A stretch of DNA of 64,000 bases from Pseudomonadota bacterium. GTDB taxonomy: Bacteria > Pseudomonadota > Gammaproteobacteria > JAKAQQ01. Below are positions 27,701-36,790 of the stretch, piece after piece. Each line of letters opens with the position of its first letter. The first letter of the stretch is position 1. The stretch covers positions 6,209-70,208 of the forward strand of contig JAKATI010000001.1 of assembly GCA_021828045.1 (NCBI GenBank), in the 5' to 3' direction. Below the pieces are notes generated by a model that was not told the origin of the DNA, made no database searches, and saw only the letters and a list, made by a program, of their open reading frames with translations. The translations under genes were made by a program, and so were the position numbers.

Positions 27701-28994
27701 CCCGCCAATGGGCCAGCCGGGGTTCATTTTCGAGCTCGTCGATGATGATGGGCTTCCCCGCGGTATAGACCAGTCCGCTCAGACCGTAGTTCGGCTGGGT
27801 GGGGTCCAGGCCGAAATCAATCCCCTCAAGGAATCCACTGGCCGGACCACTGGCTGTGTGGACGATGGGCACGTGGGAGGCTTTGGGAGCCTCCACGATA
27901 TAACACAGTCCGAGCTCCAGGAACTCGGCGAGGATGCGACAGGCATTTTCACAAAGTTGATGCAGTGGAACATGAAGGGCGGCGATTTCGTTCAGCGCAT
28001 GACCGGCCCGGTACGCGCGGAGCAGACGCTGGAGAGAAAGCTCCTGGGTCAAGGTCTCGAGCCGATGGGAGGCTGCGAGGACGAGCTGCTCGAAAGGATG
28101 GATGGCCGACTCCGTGAAGAAGTTCGGTTCCCCCGCGTAAACCGCGAGAACGCCAATCGTGAGTCCCTGGATCCGAACGGGAATTCCCACCATGCTGGCC
28201 AGGCCGCAACGGGCAGCTCTCTCTTTCCAGGGTTTGAAGCGGGTTTCCTCGAGTGTCGACTGGATGACTTGGGTTTGCCCGGTGCGGAAGGACAGCGCCA
28301 TGGGCCCGCGCCCCTCGGCTTGGTCTGGATCGATGCTCACCCGGACTCCGTCGAGGTAACTCGTCGTGTTTCCGGCCCATCCGGCGATCTCGAGAGAACG
28401 GGTGCTTTCGGAAAGAAGGCCCACCCAGGCCAGCCTCGTCCCGTTCCGGATGGTTGCAGCCCGACAGAGTTCTTGGAAGGTGTGTGCAAGCTGGGCAGCG
28501 GCACTTTTGAGCAGGGATTCGACTGCGGAACCGGCTTCCGACAGAGGGCGCCTTGGTTCTCGCTCAAGGCCCTCGAGGGTCGAGGCCAGCATCCAGTCTG
28601 GAATCCATTCGAGGCCGGTGGTACCGGATCGGGCCGGATCGGACTCCATCGCGCGATCCAGCAGGCGCTTCAGGACCAGATGGTTCTGCAGGGCTTGGGA
28701 CAGCGTGGATCCTCCGGAGGGAGATCCATTGCGAGAGGCAGCCCGTGATTTTTCCCAGTCAGCGGGAGAGTCGGCCGCAATCAAGCGTGGCCATTCCTCG
28801 CGACGGAAGATTTGGAGCAGAGAAGCCGGAACTTCCGGATCCTGGTCGGGGAGGGGCAACGCCGAAAGATGTGCCTTGAAGGCGGACCATTCCGCCCCGG
28901 TCGGAGTCGGTGGCTGGAACCCGTTCTGCTTCCGATAAAGGGTGCCCAAACCATTCTGCCTCACCAAGGGAGACCTCCTTCGTGATCCCGCCAA
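24723..28994 (-). CDS. Multi-GAF sensor protein with GGDEF and EAL domains (1423 aa); motifs variant (AGDEF; EACAR / DNFGVW)
   Basis: It has several GAF-like repeats, a GGDEF domain (TLTGLPNRNLFFDRL...RLAGDEFGLIL) and an EAL domain (LYLQPVIDL...EACARW...DNFGVW). The track begins it with a TTG start. There is no obvious TM segment. Confidence 0.85.
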   Translation of the reverse strand: MAGSRRRSPLVRQNGLGTLYRKQNGFQPPTPTGAEWSAFKAHLSALPLPDQDPEVPASLLQIFRREEWPRLIAADSPADWEKSRAASRNGSPSGGSTLSQALQNHLVLKRLLDRAMESDPARSGTTGLEWIPDWMLASTLEGLEREPRRPLSEAGSAVESLLKSAAAQLAHTFQELCRAATIRNGTRLAWVGLLSESTRSLEIAGWAGNTTSYLDGVRVSIDPDQAEGRGPMALSFRTGQTQVIQSTLEETRFKPWKERAARCGLASMVGIPVRIQGLTIGVLAVYAGEPNFFTESAIHPFEQLVLAASHRLETLTQELSLQRLLRAYRAGHALNEIAALHVPLHQLCENACRILAEFLELGLCYIVEAPKASHVPIVHTASGPASGFLEGIDFGLDPTQPNYGLSGLVYTAGKPIIIDELENEPRLAHWRERLQIHALRSAAGFPLFRGQAGDVPWGTLILLALEPGYFDPSLVSHLEHIAHGLSLSIEEGFHRQKLFRVERFYSALGELGSYLATDPPLSILLEKTCELTSNTTHLPIVYVTLIDHRTQRVHLEAFAGPASDLIRNVPVTIDPAYPEGRGITGAVFQACQPVIVNNLDEERTIWLSEAERRSVSSIAGFPLLVNGVCHGVLGVGALTPNFFDDELVGLLGRVADMVGTALNHSYEKNQRNYFEKLFRALSELHRLVARHPDPTLLYQEVRQILDRVGGAVGNCILLASRLTDATAEAVEPHRSLPEASAGDLAEPLRTFCQQLVSEATASRTPILARLSHPPLLGSDIEEAFHTAGIREIGVFPILFRGQAFAALVLLSDEDGFFESDALVGLCTQFTDAITLALTEYDRETELKQMALMDTLTGLPNRNLFFDRLDSALKQAERNRSLVGIAILDIDRFKEINDRFGHDAGDLLLATQAHRMEALLNDQSTVARLAGDEFGLILAGMETEVAMTSILERLRSNLAAPIAYQEQWLHTTVSLGLTIYPRDHQPPRTLMRHADLALYRAKSRGRNAWALYEEDFERRLEQQMETRRQFQRALAHGDIRLYLQPVIDLRDGRIVGAEACARWPGFGATSEEKADWLGTIEEDPDLIPKAGRYLLETVGFELETLDRAGLSFPVSLNIDLRYLFSPHFEKDLKDWGTRHGSHTDRLVLELKPSPLLPDWNRLPPLIEELRHRGIRILFDNFGVWPVALEKLELVRTQGIKIDRSLVLHLHEEPRALSLVAGALRSGEIGHFEVTAVGVEREDLAELFYALGGRLAQGFFASAALASPALIKWSRHWTLPTPLAQSLAQTLDLRRLPIWLNGPYHRWLRGRVTEVLEAPEESSRALLAALSGSTCSLVPWPAGPLRSAQRKLRSCHEALHAQLDQLIAASVGGQPVRSLGERLLERMREYEAELEAFLHLPFPPAAPHRRGRSRSSPKASPGLQS

Positions 28995-29112
28995 TCCTCT
29001 TCTGCCATAGACGACCCCCGTCTCCGGCCCGTTGGCCCGGTGTCCTCAATATACCGCTAAAAAAGGGAGGGGGTTCCCGCTTCACCCGCTTTGGCGCTGG
29101 GGCCGGGTCGCT

Positions 29113-30312
29113 TCAATCCGGCCCGGCCAGATCGTCGATGAGGATCCGGAGAAAGCGACAGGCATCGCCGCCGGTCACGCAGCGGTGGTCGAAGGTGAGC
29201 GAGAGCGGCAGTCTCCGGTGCGTTGCGATTCCGCCCATGACGGCGACCACATCGTGGCATAAGCGGCCGACCCCCAGGATGGCGACCATGGGTGGGACAA
29301 TGACTGGAGTCGCGTAGCGGCCTGCGATCATGCCGAAATTGGAGAGCGTGAAAGTCGGATGGGTCATCTCGCCCGGTTCCAGGGCACGGGCCTGGGTTTT
29401 TTTCTTGATCCGCTCGAGTTCCTGACGGATTTCTTGAGCTTCCGCCCGGCCGATGTCGCGAAGGACCGGGACGATCAGTCCGTCCGGTGTGTCGACCGCG
29501 AGACCGAGGTCGAGCTGGGTGTGCAGCGTGTGTTCGAGCGTTTCCCCATTGAACCAGGCATTGAGCGCCGGTTGGGCCGCGCAGGCCTTCGCGAGTGCAC
29601 GAATGACCCGGACCGTGATGTCCTGACGTCCCTGCCAAGCCTGGAGATCCGCATCATCGAAGAGGGTGGTGGCTGCCACCTGGTCCCGGGCCAGGGACAT
29701 GGTTTGTGCCATGATCCGGCGGGTTCCCCTGAGGGTTTCGGTCCGGGAGGGCAGTTTTGCGGACGGGGTATGCGGTGCGGCTGCCGGTGCGCCCACCGGA
29801 TGGGTTTCGAGGTCTGCCAGTGTGGTCTCCCCATGACGGCCACTCGCGGCGACCCGCCGGAGATCGATCCCGAGTTCACGGGCCCGGCGCCGGACCTTGG
29901 GGAGGGCCTTGACGGTCCGCTTTTCGGCTGGCCGTTTGCGGATGATGGCTTCTTCAGCCACCACCGACTCGGCAGCTGGCATGTGTCCAACGACGCTCCC
30001 TGGGTCTTCCCGAGGCGGGGCGGAGACCTCCTTTGTGGTCGGGTGGACGGCATTCACTGGCGAGGGACAATCGTCACCGGAACTCTCAAAATCGACGAGC
30101 GGCGCGTGTGTGGGGATGATGTCGCCCGATTTGCCATGTAGTGCGCTGATGCGTCCGCTCCACGGGGCCGGCACGTCCACGACGGCCTTGGCGGTCTCCA
30201 TGGCGACCAATGGCTGGTCGGTCGTGACTGTGTCACCAACCTGGACGTGCCACTCGACGATTTCCGCTTCGGTGAGCCCTTCGCCCAGATCCGGGAGATG
30301 AAAAGTCTTCAT
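29113..30312 (-). CDS. 2-oxo acid dehydrogenase E2 component (dihydrolipoamide acyltransferase), single lipoyl domain
   Basis: It has a lipoyl domain (METAKAVVDVPAPWSG), an E3-binding domain and a catalytic domain with DHRCVTGGDA (DHR-x-x-DG). Confidence 0.9.
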   Translation of the reverse strand: MKTFHLPDLGEGLTEAEIVEWHVQVGDTVTTDQPLVAMETAKAVVDVPAPWSGRISALHGKSGDIIPTHAPLVDFESSGDDCPSPVNAVHPTTKEVSAPPREDPGSVVGHMPAAESVVAEEAIIRKRPAEKRTVKALPKVRRRARELGIDLRRVAASGRHGETTLADLETHPVGAPAAAPHTPSAKLPSRTETLRGTRRIMAQTMSLARDQVAATTLFDDADLQAWQGRQDITVRVIRALAKACAAQPALNAWFNGETLEHTLHTQLDLGLAVDTPDGLIVPVLRDIGRAEAQEIRQELERIKKKTQARALEPGEMTHPTFTLSNFGMIAGRYATPVIVPPMVAILGVGRLCHDVVAVMGGIATHRRLPLSLTFDHRCVTGGDACRFLRILIDDLAGPD

Positions 30313-31289
30313 GGTTCGAGTACCTGGAGGGCGGCCCGGCGGATCCGGTCGACCGAGGGCATGAAATCGTGTTCGAGCTTGAAAAAGGGAGTGACCACAT
30401 CGTAACCCGTGACCCGCATGATCGGTGCCTCGAGCTCATACAGGGCCCTCTCGGCAACTTCAGCAGCGACCTCCGCACCGAGTCCCGCAGTGCGTGGGGC
30501 CTCATGCACAATGACGAGCCTCCCGGTCCGGCCCACGGACTCGAGGATGGTCTCATAGTCGATCGGGCTCAGGGTCCCGAGGTCGATGACCTCGGCGGAG
30601 ACCCGCTCGGTTTCGGCGAGCAAACGGGCGGCCTCGAGGGTTTCGTGGAGCATGGCCCCCCAACTGACGAAGGTCAGATCGTGACCCTCGCGCAGGACGA
30701 AACAGGTGTCGAGCGGCAGCGGTTGCCCGTTATCCTCAACTTCCTGCTTGTTGAGCCGGTAGAGGCGGGTCGGTTCAAAGAAAACGACCGGATCCGGATC
30801 CTGGATGGCTGCGAGCAGGAGACCGTAGGCACGAGTCGGAGAGGAGGGCATGACCACCCGGATCCCTGGCATGTGGGCAAAGAGGGATTCGTTGCTTTCG
30901 GAATGGTGCTCGGGGGCATGGATGCCGGCACCACTCGGTGCCCGGAGGACCATCGGAACCGATAGCCGGCCGCGTGTCCGGGTCCGCAGACGCCCGGCAT
31001 GGTTGATCATCTGGTCGATGGTGGGATAAATGAAACCCGAGAACTGAATTTCCGCAACCGGCCGCATCCCCATTGCCGCCATCCCGATCGCTAGGCCGGC
31101 GATCATCGATTCCGCAAGCGGGGTGTCGAGGACGCGGTTGGGACCGAAGCGTTCCTGGAGCCCCACGGTGGCGCGGAACACGCCTCCATTCATCCCGATA
31201 TCCTCTCCCAAGAGGACCACCTGGGGGTCGTCAGCCAGCGCTCTCGCGAGTGCCAGATTCACCGCTTCCACAAGCGCGACCTTAGCCAT
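30309..31289 (-). CDS. 2-oxo acid dehydrogenase E1 beta subunit (transketolase-like)
   Basis: It is 326 aa from MAKVALVEAVNLA. The stop overlaps the E2 start. Confidence 0.9.
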   Translation of the reverse strand: MAKVALVEAVNLALARALADDPQVVLLGEDIGMNGGVFRATVGLQERFGPNRVLDTPLAESMIAGLAIGMAAMGMRPVAEIQFSGFIYPTIDQMINHAGRLRTRTRGRLSVPMVLRAPSGAGIHAPEHHSESNESLFAHMPGIRVVMPSSPTRAYGLLLAAIQDPDPVVFFEPTRLYRLNKQEVEDNGQPLPLDTCFVLREGHDLTFVSWGAMLHETLEAARLLAETERVSAEVIDLGTLSPIDYETILESVGRTGRLVIVHEAPRTAGLGAEVAAEVAERALYELEAPIMRVTGYDVVTPFFKLEHDFMPSVDRIRRAALQVLEP

Positions 31290-32367
31290 GGTGGGATCCC
31301 TCCTCGGCGAGGGCCTGTGCACGTTCCTGCTGGAGCGATTCGGGGAGTTCGGCGAAGGTATAGTCAAACATGTCGGAGCGGGGAGGCTTGCCCAGGGCTT
31401 GGTAGGCATGGACAGCCGCATCGACCTGGCGTTGGCAGTCTTGGATCAGGGCCTGCTCTTCCTCGTCGCTCCACAATTTGCGGGCCGTGAGCAGGCGCTT
31501 CAGTCGTCCGATGGGCTCTTTCTTCTGCGCGTCTTCCACTTCAGCGGCAGACCGATAGCGTCGGGCATCGTCCGCCGTCGTGTGATCGGACAGCCGGTAG
31601 GTCAAGGCCTCGATCACACTGGCTCCGCCACCGGTGCGGGCCCGTCCCACGGCCTCGGTGACTGCTTCGTAGACCGCGAGCACGTCATTGCCATCGACCT
31701 GGATTCCGGGCAGGCCTGCGGCGATGGCCTTCTGGGCCAGGGTCTCGCAGGCGGTTTGTGCCTTCAGGGGAACCGAAATCGCCCATTGATTATTGGCGAT
31801 CACGAAGACCACGGGTAACCCGAAGGCACCGGCCGCATTGAGTGCTTCGTAGAAATCGCCCTGGGATGTGCCCCCATCCCCGATGACGGTGACCGCCACG
31901 CGCTTTTCAGACCGCAACTTGAAAGCGAGTGCTGCACCGGCTGCGTGAAGCGTCTGCGTGGCGATCGGGACTGCCCATGGGAAATCAAGCGGCTGATCCC
32001 GGAATGCGGTTCCCCGCTCATCTCCTCCCCAGAACGCCAGGATCTCCTCCATATGGACCCCCCGCCAGAGTTGGGTTCCGTATTCCCGATACATGGGAAA
32101 AAAAACGTCCTCCGGCATCATCGCAGCCCCGATGGCGACGTGGGTGGCCTCATGACCGAGGCAGGATGCATAGGTCCCCAGTTGCCCCGTGCGCTGGAGG
32201 GCGATCGCCTTGCTGTCAAAGGTCCGGACCAGGACCATCATGCGATAGAGGCGCTTGAGGAGGTCGGAGTCGGAGACGATCGCGGGTGGGGTGCCCACCA
32301 GCCGCCCCTCCGGGTTGAGATACGAGCGGGACTTGATTTCAAACCGGGCTGCGGTCGTTGTGGACAA
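31282..32367 (-). CDS. 2-oxo acid dehydrogenase E1 alpha subunit (TPP-dependent; BCKDH/PDH/acetoin-DH class)
   Basis: It has the TPP motif GDGGTSQGDFYEALNAAGAFGLPVVFVIANNQWAIS. It overlaps the E1beta start by 8 nt. Confidence 0.9.
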   Translation of the reverse strand: MSTTTAARFEIKSRSYLNPEGRLVGTPPAIVSDSDLLKRLYRMMVLVRTFDSKAIALQRTGQLGTYASCLGHEATHVAIGAAMMPEDVFFPMYREYGTQLWRGVHMEEILAFWGGDERGTAFRDQPLDFPWAVPIATQTLHAAGAALAFKLRSEKRVAVTVIGDGGTSQGDFYEALNAAGAFGLPVVFVIANNQWAISVPLKAQTACETLAQKAIAAGLPGIQVDGNDVLAVYEAVTEAVGRARTGGGASVIEALTYRLSDHTTADDARRYRSAAEVEDAQKKEPIGRLKRLLTARKLWSDEEEQALIQDCQRQVDAAVHAYQALGKPPRSDMFDYTFAELPESLQQERAQALAEEGSHHG

Positions 32368-32678
32368 AGCCTCTCTCCGGCAGGCGGACGCCGCACATTA
32401 TAGAACGGTGTGGACACGGCGGTCGCAGCCGGCCGGATTGTGCAATTTCCAGTAGTGGGCGAGCCCCTGCACTTGGATCTCGCCGAGTCCTCCAGTCTGC
32501 TGGGCGAGGCTGTGATCCGAGGTGTCTTCGAAGAGAGCACCGGCATGGAACCGGCATCGGCTTGTCAGCAGGCTGGGGGCACGTGCCGGACACAATCCGG
32601 ACAAAAGCCAGGCTCATCCGGTCCCCCGCTGCGGTTCGCCCGCGGGTTTGCGGTAGCATGAGCGGGGGGTGACAATCC

Positions 32679-33527
32679 ATGACCAAACCGATTTCTGGCC
32701 GAACTCTCCCGTGTCCGGTTCAGCCCGCTCGAAGCTATCCGGAATATCTTGCACTCGATCGCTTGCTGGCTCTCCAGGTACCGCATTCCACGAGCGTGGA
32801 GAGCGACGAACTCCTCTTCATCTTGGTCCATCAGGTCTCGGAACTCTGGTTCAAGCTCGTCCTCCATGAACTGGACCAGGCCATTGCTGATCTTGACCAC
32901 GACCGGCTCCTGGCCGCTTGCAAGCGATTGTCCCGCTGCGAGATTGTCTTCGGGCAGCTGTCCGGGATCTGGCAGGTGCTCGAGACCATGACCCCGAGCG
33001 ATTACCGACTCTTCCGCAGCGGGCTGGGTCAGGCATCCGGCTCTCAGTCTTTCCAGTTCAGGGCCATCGAGTACGCATTGGGTTACCGCGAGCCCGCCTC
33101 GCCGGCGTGGCAGGCCGCACCGGGCGCAGGCCAAGACCTCCTCGCCCGCTGGCACACACGGCCGAGCGTGTACGACCGGTTCATCGCAGCCCTGGCCCGG
33201 GCGGGTTATCCGATCCCAGCTGGTGAACCCGAGCGGACGGCCACGGGAGTGGACTCTCGCATCCGGGAGGTTCTGGACGGGGTGTACCGCAATCCGGAAC
33301 AACACTGGGAGGTCTACGAGACCGCGGAAAAGCTCATGGATCTGGAGGAAGCCATCCAGTTGTGGCGCTTTCGACATGTCCGAGCGGTCGAACGCACGAT
33401 CGGGGATTTGCCGGGGACCGGTGGCACGAGCGGGGTCGGATTTCTGGAGACGACGCTGCGTCGGAGATTTTTCCCTGAAATCCTTGCAGTTAGATCGACT
33501 CTCTATGAGGACGGCAATGGTCAGTGA
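32679..33527 (+). CDS. kynA: Tryptophan 2,3-dioxygenase (KynA, bacterial TDO)
   Basis: It is 282 aa with strong similarity to the Xanthomonas-type TDO as I recall it: ELLFILVHQVSELWFKL, LETMTPSDY, LWRFRHVRAVERTIG, GTGGTSGVGFL, FFPEIL. Confidence 0.85.
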   Translation: MTKPISGRTLPCPVQPARSYPEYLALDRLLALQVPHSTSVESDELLFILVHQVSELWFKLVLHELDQAIADLDHDRLLAACKRLSRCEIVFGQLSGIWQVLETMTPSDYRLFRSGLGQASGSQSFQFRAIEYALGYREPASPAWQAAPGAGQDLLARWHTRPSVYDRFIAALARAGYPIPAGEPERTATGVDSRIREVLDGVYRNPEQHWEVYETAEKLMDLEEAIQLWRFRHVRAVERTIGDLPGTGGTSGVGFLETTLRRRFFPEILAVRSTLYEDGNGQ

Positions 33528-33572
33528 GGCCCGGCCGCTATAATGGGGCCAAGACCCGATGGCGAGATCCCC

Positions 33573-34625
33573 ATGACCCAAAAACATGATAATCCGCTCG
33601 GAACGGACGGCTTCGAATTCGTCGAGTTCACGGCTGCCGATCCGGCGCCTTTGCGAGCCCTTTTTGAGGCGCTGGGATTTGTCCCCACCGCCCGTCACCG
33701 CCGCCTCAGGATCACCCGTTACCAGCAGGGCGATGCCAACCTGCTCTTGAACGAGGAACCGTCCGGCTTTGCCGCTGGTTTTGCGCAAGCGCACGGTCCA
33801 TCCGCCTGCGGGTTCGCCATCCGCGTCCGTGACGCCCGGCAGGCCGCCGCCCGGGCTGTGGCCATGGGGGGGCGACCGGTTCCTCCGTCCCGGGACTACG
33901 CCCTGGATACGCCGGTCATCGAGGGTGTGGGGGGGTCCCTTCTGTATCTGGTCGAGCGTTATGGCGAAGACCGCGCCTACGAGGCGGACTATGAATCACT
34001 CACTGTTCCGCCAGACCGGGTCCGGGGTCGGGGGATCCTCGCGATCGACCATCTCACCCACAACGTGGAACGGGGACAGATGGACGTCTGGGCCTCCTTC
34101 TACGAGCGGATCTTCAATTTCCATGAAGTGCATTATTTCGACATCAGGGGCGTGAAAACCGGGCTTCTCTCCCGGGCCATGACCAGTCCGGACGGCCGGG
34201 TCCGGATTCCCATCAACGAGTCTGCCGACGACAAGTCCCAGATTGCCGAGTTTCTCAGGGACTACCGGGGGCCGGGAATCCAGCACATCGCGCTTGGAAC
34301 GGCGGACATCTACCGGACGGTCGAGTCGTTGCGCCAGGCCGGCATCCGTTTCCTGGCCACGCCGGCAACCTACTACGAGATGGTCCCGGAACGGATTCCC
34401 CAGCATGGCCAGGATCTCAAACGCCTGGAGCGGGACCAGTTGTTGATCGATGCCGACCCCGAGGACCGCGGCAAGCTCCTTCTCCAGATTTTCACGGAGC
34501 CCGTCATCGGCCCCATCTTCTTCGAAATCATTGAGCGCAAGGGCAACGAGGGTTTCGGGGAAGGCAATTTCCGTGCCCTGTTCCTGGCCATGGAACGTGA
34601 TCAGGAACGACGGGGCCGGCTGTAA
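33573..34625 (+). CDS. hppD: 4-hydroxyphenylpyruvate dioxygenase
   Basis: It has the GFEFVEFTA N-terminal VOC domain and the C-terminal QIFTEPVIGPIFFEIIERKG...GFGEGNFRALF. Confidence 0.9.
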   Translation: MTQKHDNPLGTDGFEFVEFTAADPAPLRALFEALGFVPTARHRRLRITRYQQGDANLLLNEEPSGFAAGFAQAHGPSACGFAIRVRDARQAAARAVAMGGRPVPPSRDYALDTPVIEGVGGSLLYLVERYGEDRAYEADYESLTVPPDRVRGRGILAIDHLTHNVERGQMDVWASFYERIFNFHEVHYFDIRGVKTGLLSRAMTSPDGRVRIPINESADDKSQIAEFLRDYRGPGIQHIALGTADIYRTVESLRQAGIRFLATPATYYEMVPERIPQHGQDLKRLERDQLLIDADPEDRGKLLLQIFTEPVIGPIFFEIIERKGNEGFGEGNFRALFLAMERDQERRGRL

Positions 34626-34641
34626 CTTCCAAGGAGACTCC

Positions 34642-35766
34642 ATGACTCAATCAAACGCACCCACCTGGATGGAAGGGGAAACGTCCCGACAGGCCCATAC
34701 GGATCTGCCGGACGGCAGCTACGAGCGCGAACTCGGCCGTGAGGGTTTTTACGGGCCGGTCAGCCTCATGTACCACCGGCACCCGCCCACCGGGTGGAGC
34801 GGTTTCGAGGGGCCGTTGCGCCCACGTGCGTTCGACGGTACCCGGGTCAACCACGCACCCCCCTCCCCAATGGAAGCGGCCGTGCTGTTCGGCAACCCGG
34901 CGCTCCGCTTCCGCTTTTGGAAGTCGGACCGGTCCATGGACCATCTGGTGCGCAACAGCGATGGGGACGAGCTTCTTTTCGTGCATGAAGGAACGCTGGA
35001 ATGGTTCTGTGACTATGGGCATTTGACACTGGTTGCGGGAGACTATGTCGTGGTTCCGCGGGGCACGCTCTGGCGGTTTGAGACCGCGGGGCCGGTCATC
35101 CTTCTTCTGATCGAGGCCACCAACCAGGCGTTGGGGCTGCCGGATCGAGGACTCCTGGGGCCCACTGCGCTCTACGACCCGGCCGTGCTGGACCATCCCC
35201 GCATGGATGAAGCCTTTCGCCGGCAGCAGACCGAAGATCCCTGGACGGTCGTTGTGAAAAAACGCCACCAGTTGTCCCGGATCCACTATCCTTTCAATCC
35301 TCTGGATGCACTCGGCTGGCATGGAACCAATGCGCCGATCCGTCTCAATTGGCGGGAGATCCGCCCGGTCATGAGCCATCGCTACCACGTTCCGCCCTCC
35401 GCACATACCACGTTCGTGTCCGAACGCTTCGTGATCTGCACTTTCGTGCCTCGTCCCTTCGAGACGGATCCCAAAGCCATCAAGGTTCCTTTCTTCCACA
35501 GCAATGAGGACTACGACGAGATCATCTTCTACCATGCCGGGGAATTTTTCTCGCGGGACAACATCCATCCCGGCATGATGACCCTGCACCCCTCGGGCGT
35601 GACTCACGGCCCCCATCCCAAGGCGCTCAAGAACATCTTCGAGCCCAAGGCGGCGGGAACCAATGAGGTGGCCGTCAATGTGGATGCGCGGGATCCCCTG
35701 GAAGTGGGAGAAGCAGCCCAGTCCATTGAGTGGCGGGAGTATGCCGATTCGTGGAAGAAACCCTGA
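34642..35766 (+). CDS. hmgA: Homogentisate 1,2-dioxygenase (short form)
   Basis: AAGGAGA precedes the ATG. The HSNEDYDEIIFY...LHPSGVTHGPHP segment resembles the HGO active-site region. It sits between hppD and fah/maiA. At 374 aa it is shorter than the classical 430-aa HmgA. Confidence 0.7.
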   Translation: MTQSNAPTWMEGETSRQAHTDLPDGSYERELGREGFYGPVSLMYHRHPPTGWSGFEGPLRPRAFDGTRVNHAPPSPMEAAVLFGNPALRFRFWKSDRSMDHLVRNSDGDELLFVHEGTLEWFCDYGHLTLVAGDYVVVPRGTLWRFETAGPVILLLIEATNQALGLPDRGLLGPTALYDPAVLDHPRMDEAFRRQQTEDPWTVVVKKRHQLSRIHYPFNPLDALGWHGTNAPIRLNWREIRPVMSHRYHVPPSAHTTFVSERFVICTFVPRPFETDPKAIKVPFFHSNEDYDEIIFYHAGEFFSRDNIHPGMMTLHPSGVTHGPHPKALKNIFEPKAAGTNEVAVNVDARDPLEVGEAAQSIEWREYADSWKKP

Positions 35767-35805
35767 ACCGATGGAGCGCCTTGGCATTTCCAGAGGGAAT
35801 CCGGT

Positions 35806-36783
35806 TTGAAACTGGCGAGCGTGGCAGGGGAGGGACGCGATGGTTCGCTCATCGTCGTTTCGACCGACCTGACCCGGATCCGCCGAGTCCCGGAAATCGC
35901 CCGGTCGCTTCGAGAGGCACTCGAACAGTGGGAACGGGTTGAACCGGATTTGCGCCGTGTGGCGGATGCACTCGAACGGGACCCGGAGGGAGGCGAGCCT
36001 TTTCCCGGCACGGCGGTCTGCGCCTGTCTGCCTCGCGCCTTCCAGTTTGTTGATGGTAGCGCCTATCTGGCTCATGTCGAGCGGGTGCGTCGGGCCCGTG
36101 GTGCGGAGATGCCTCCCAGTTTCCAGGTCGATCCCCTGATGTACCAGGCGGTCAGTGACCGCTTCCTGGGACCCCGGGAACCGATTGCGGTGGCTGATGA
36201 GTCGTACGGCATCGACCTTGAGGCCGAAGTGGGTGTGATGGTGGATGATGTCCCCATGGGAGTCTCGCCATCGGTCGCACGGTCGCAGATTCGGCTGATC
36301 ACCCTCATCAACGATGTTTCCCTGCGCAATCTCATTCCCGCTGAACTGGCCAAGGGTTTCGGTTTCCTCCAGGGGAAACCCCTCTCCTCGCTGGCGGCGG
36401 TGGCGGTGACGCCGGACGAGTTCGGCTCCGACTGGTCCGATGCCCGTGTCCATCGTCCGCTTTGTTCCTCGATCAATGGCATCCGGCTCGGAGATCCGGA
36501 TGCGGGAGTGGATATGCAGTTCGGTTTTGACGAACTGATTGCGCATGCCGCCCGGACACGACCCCTCGGAGCGGGGACACTCGTGGGTTCGGGAACCGTG
36601 GCGAACCGGGACCTGGCCCGGGGTTGCTCCTGTCTTGCGGAGCGACGGGTGCTCGAAATCCTGTCCGGGGGGGAGCCGCAGACGCCCTTTCTCCGTTTCG
36701 GGGACCGGATCCGGATCGAGATGCATGACCGCGACGGTCGGTCGGTTTTCGGTGCCATCGAGCAGAACATTGTCCGCGCCTGA
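35806..36783 (+). CDS. Fumarylacetoacetate hydrolase (FAH) family protein; likely fumarylacetoacetase of this pathway
   Basis: It is an FAH-fold family protein of 325 aa that starts with TTG (MKLASV). It is positioned between hmgA and maiA. Confidence 0.75.
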   Translation: MKLASVAGEGRDGSLIVVSTDLTRIRRVPEIARSLREALEQWERVEPDLRRVADALERDPEGGEPFPGTAVCACLPRAFQFVDGSAYLAHVERVRRARGAEMPPSFQVDPLMYQAVSDRFLGPREPIAVADESYGIDLEAEVGVMVDDVPMGVSPSVARSQIRLITLINDVSLRNLIPAELAKGFGFLQGKPLSSLAAVAVTPDEFGSDWSDARVHRPLCSSINGIRLGDPDAGVDMQFGFDELIAHAARTRPLGAGTLVGSGTVANRDLARGCSCLAERRVLEILSGGEPQTPFLRFGDRIRIEMHDRDGRSVFGAIEQNIVRA

Positions 36784-36790
36784 GTCCGGC

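Noticed and set aside
29040-29112. Possible terminator with an A6/T6 run downstream of the E2 gene
   Set aside because: I could not find a clean GC-rich stem preceding the T-run on the minus strand; only 3-4 bp fragments pair.
34450-34641. Upstream 64-codon extension of the hmgA ORF (track start 34450)
   Set aside because: The extension overlaps the hppD 3' end and translates to a low-complexity Ser/Pro-rich sequence. ATG 34642 has a strong AAGGAGA SD.
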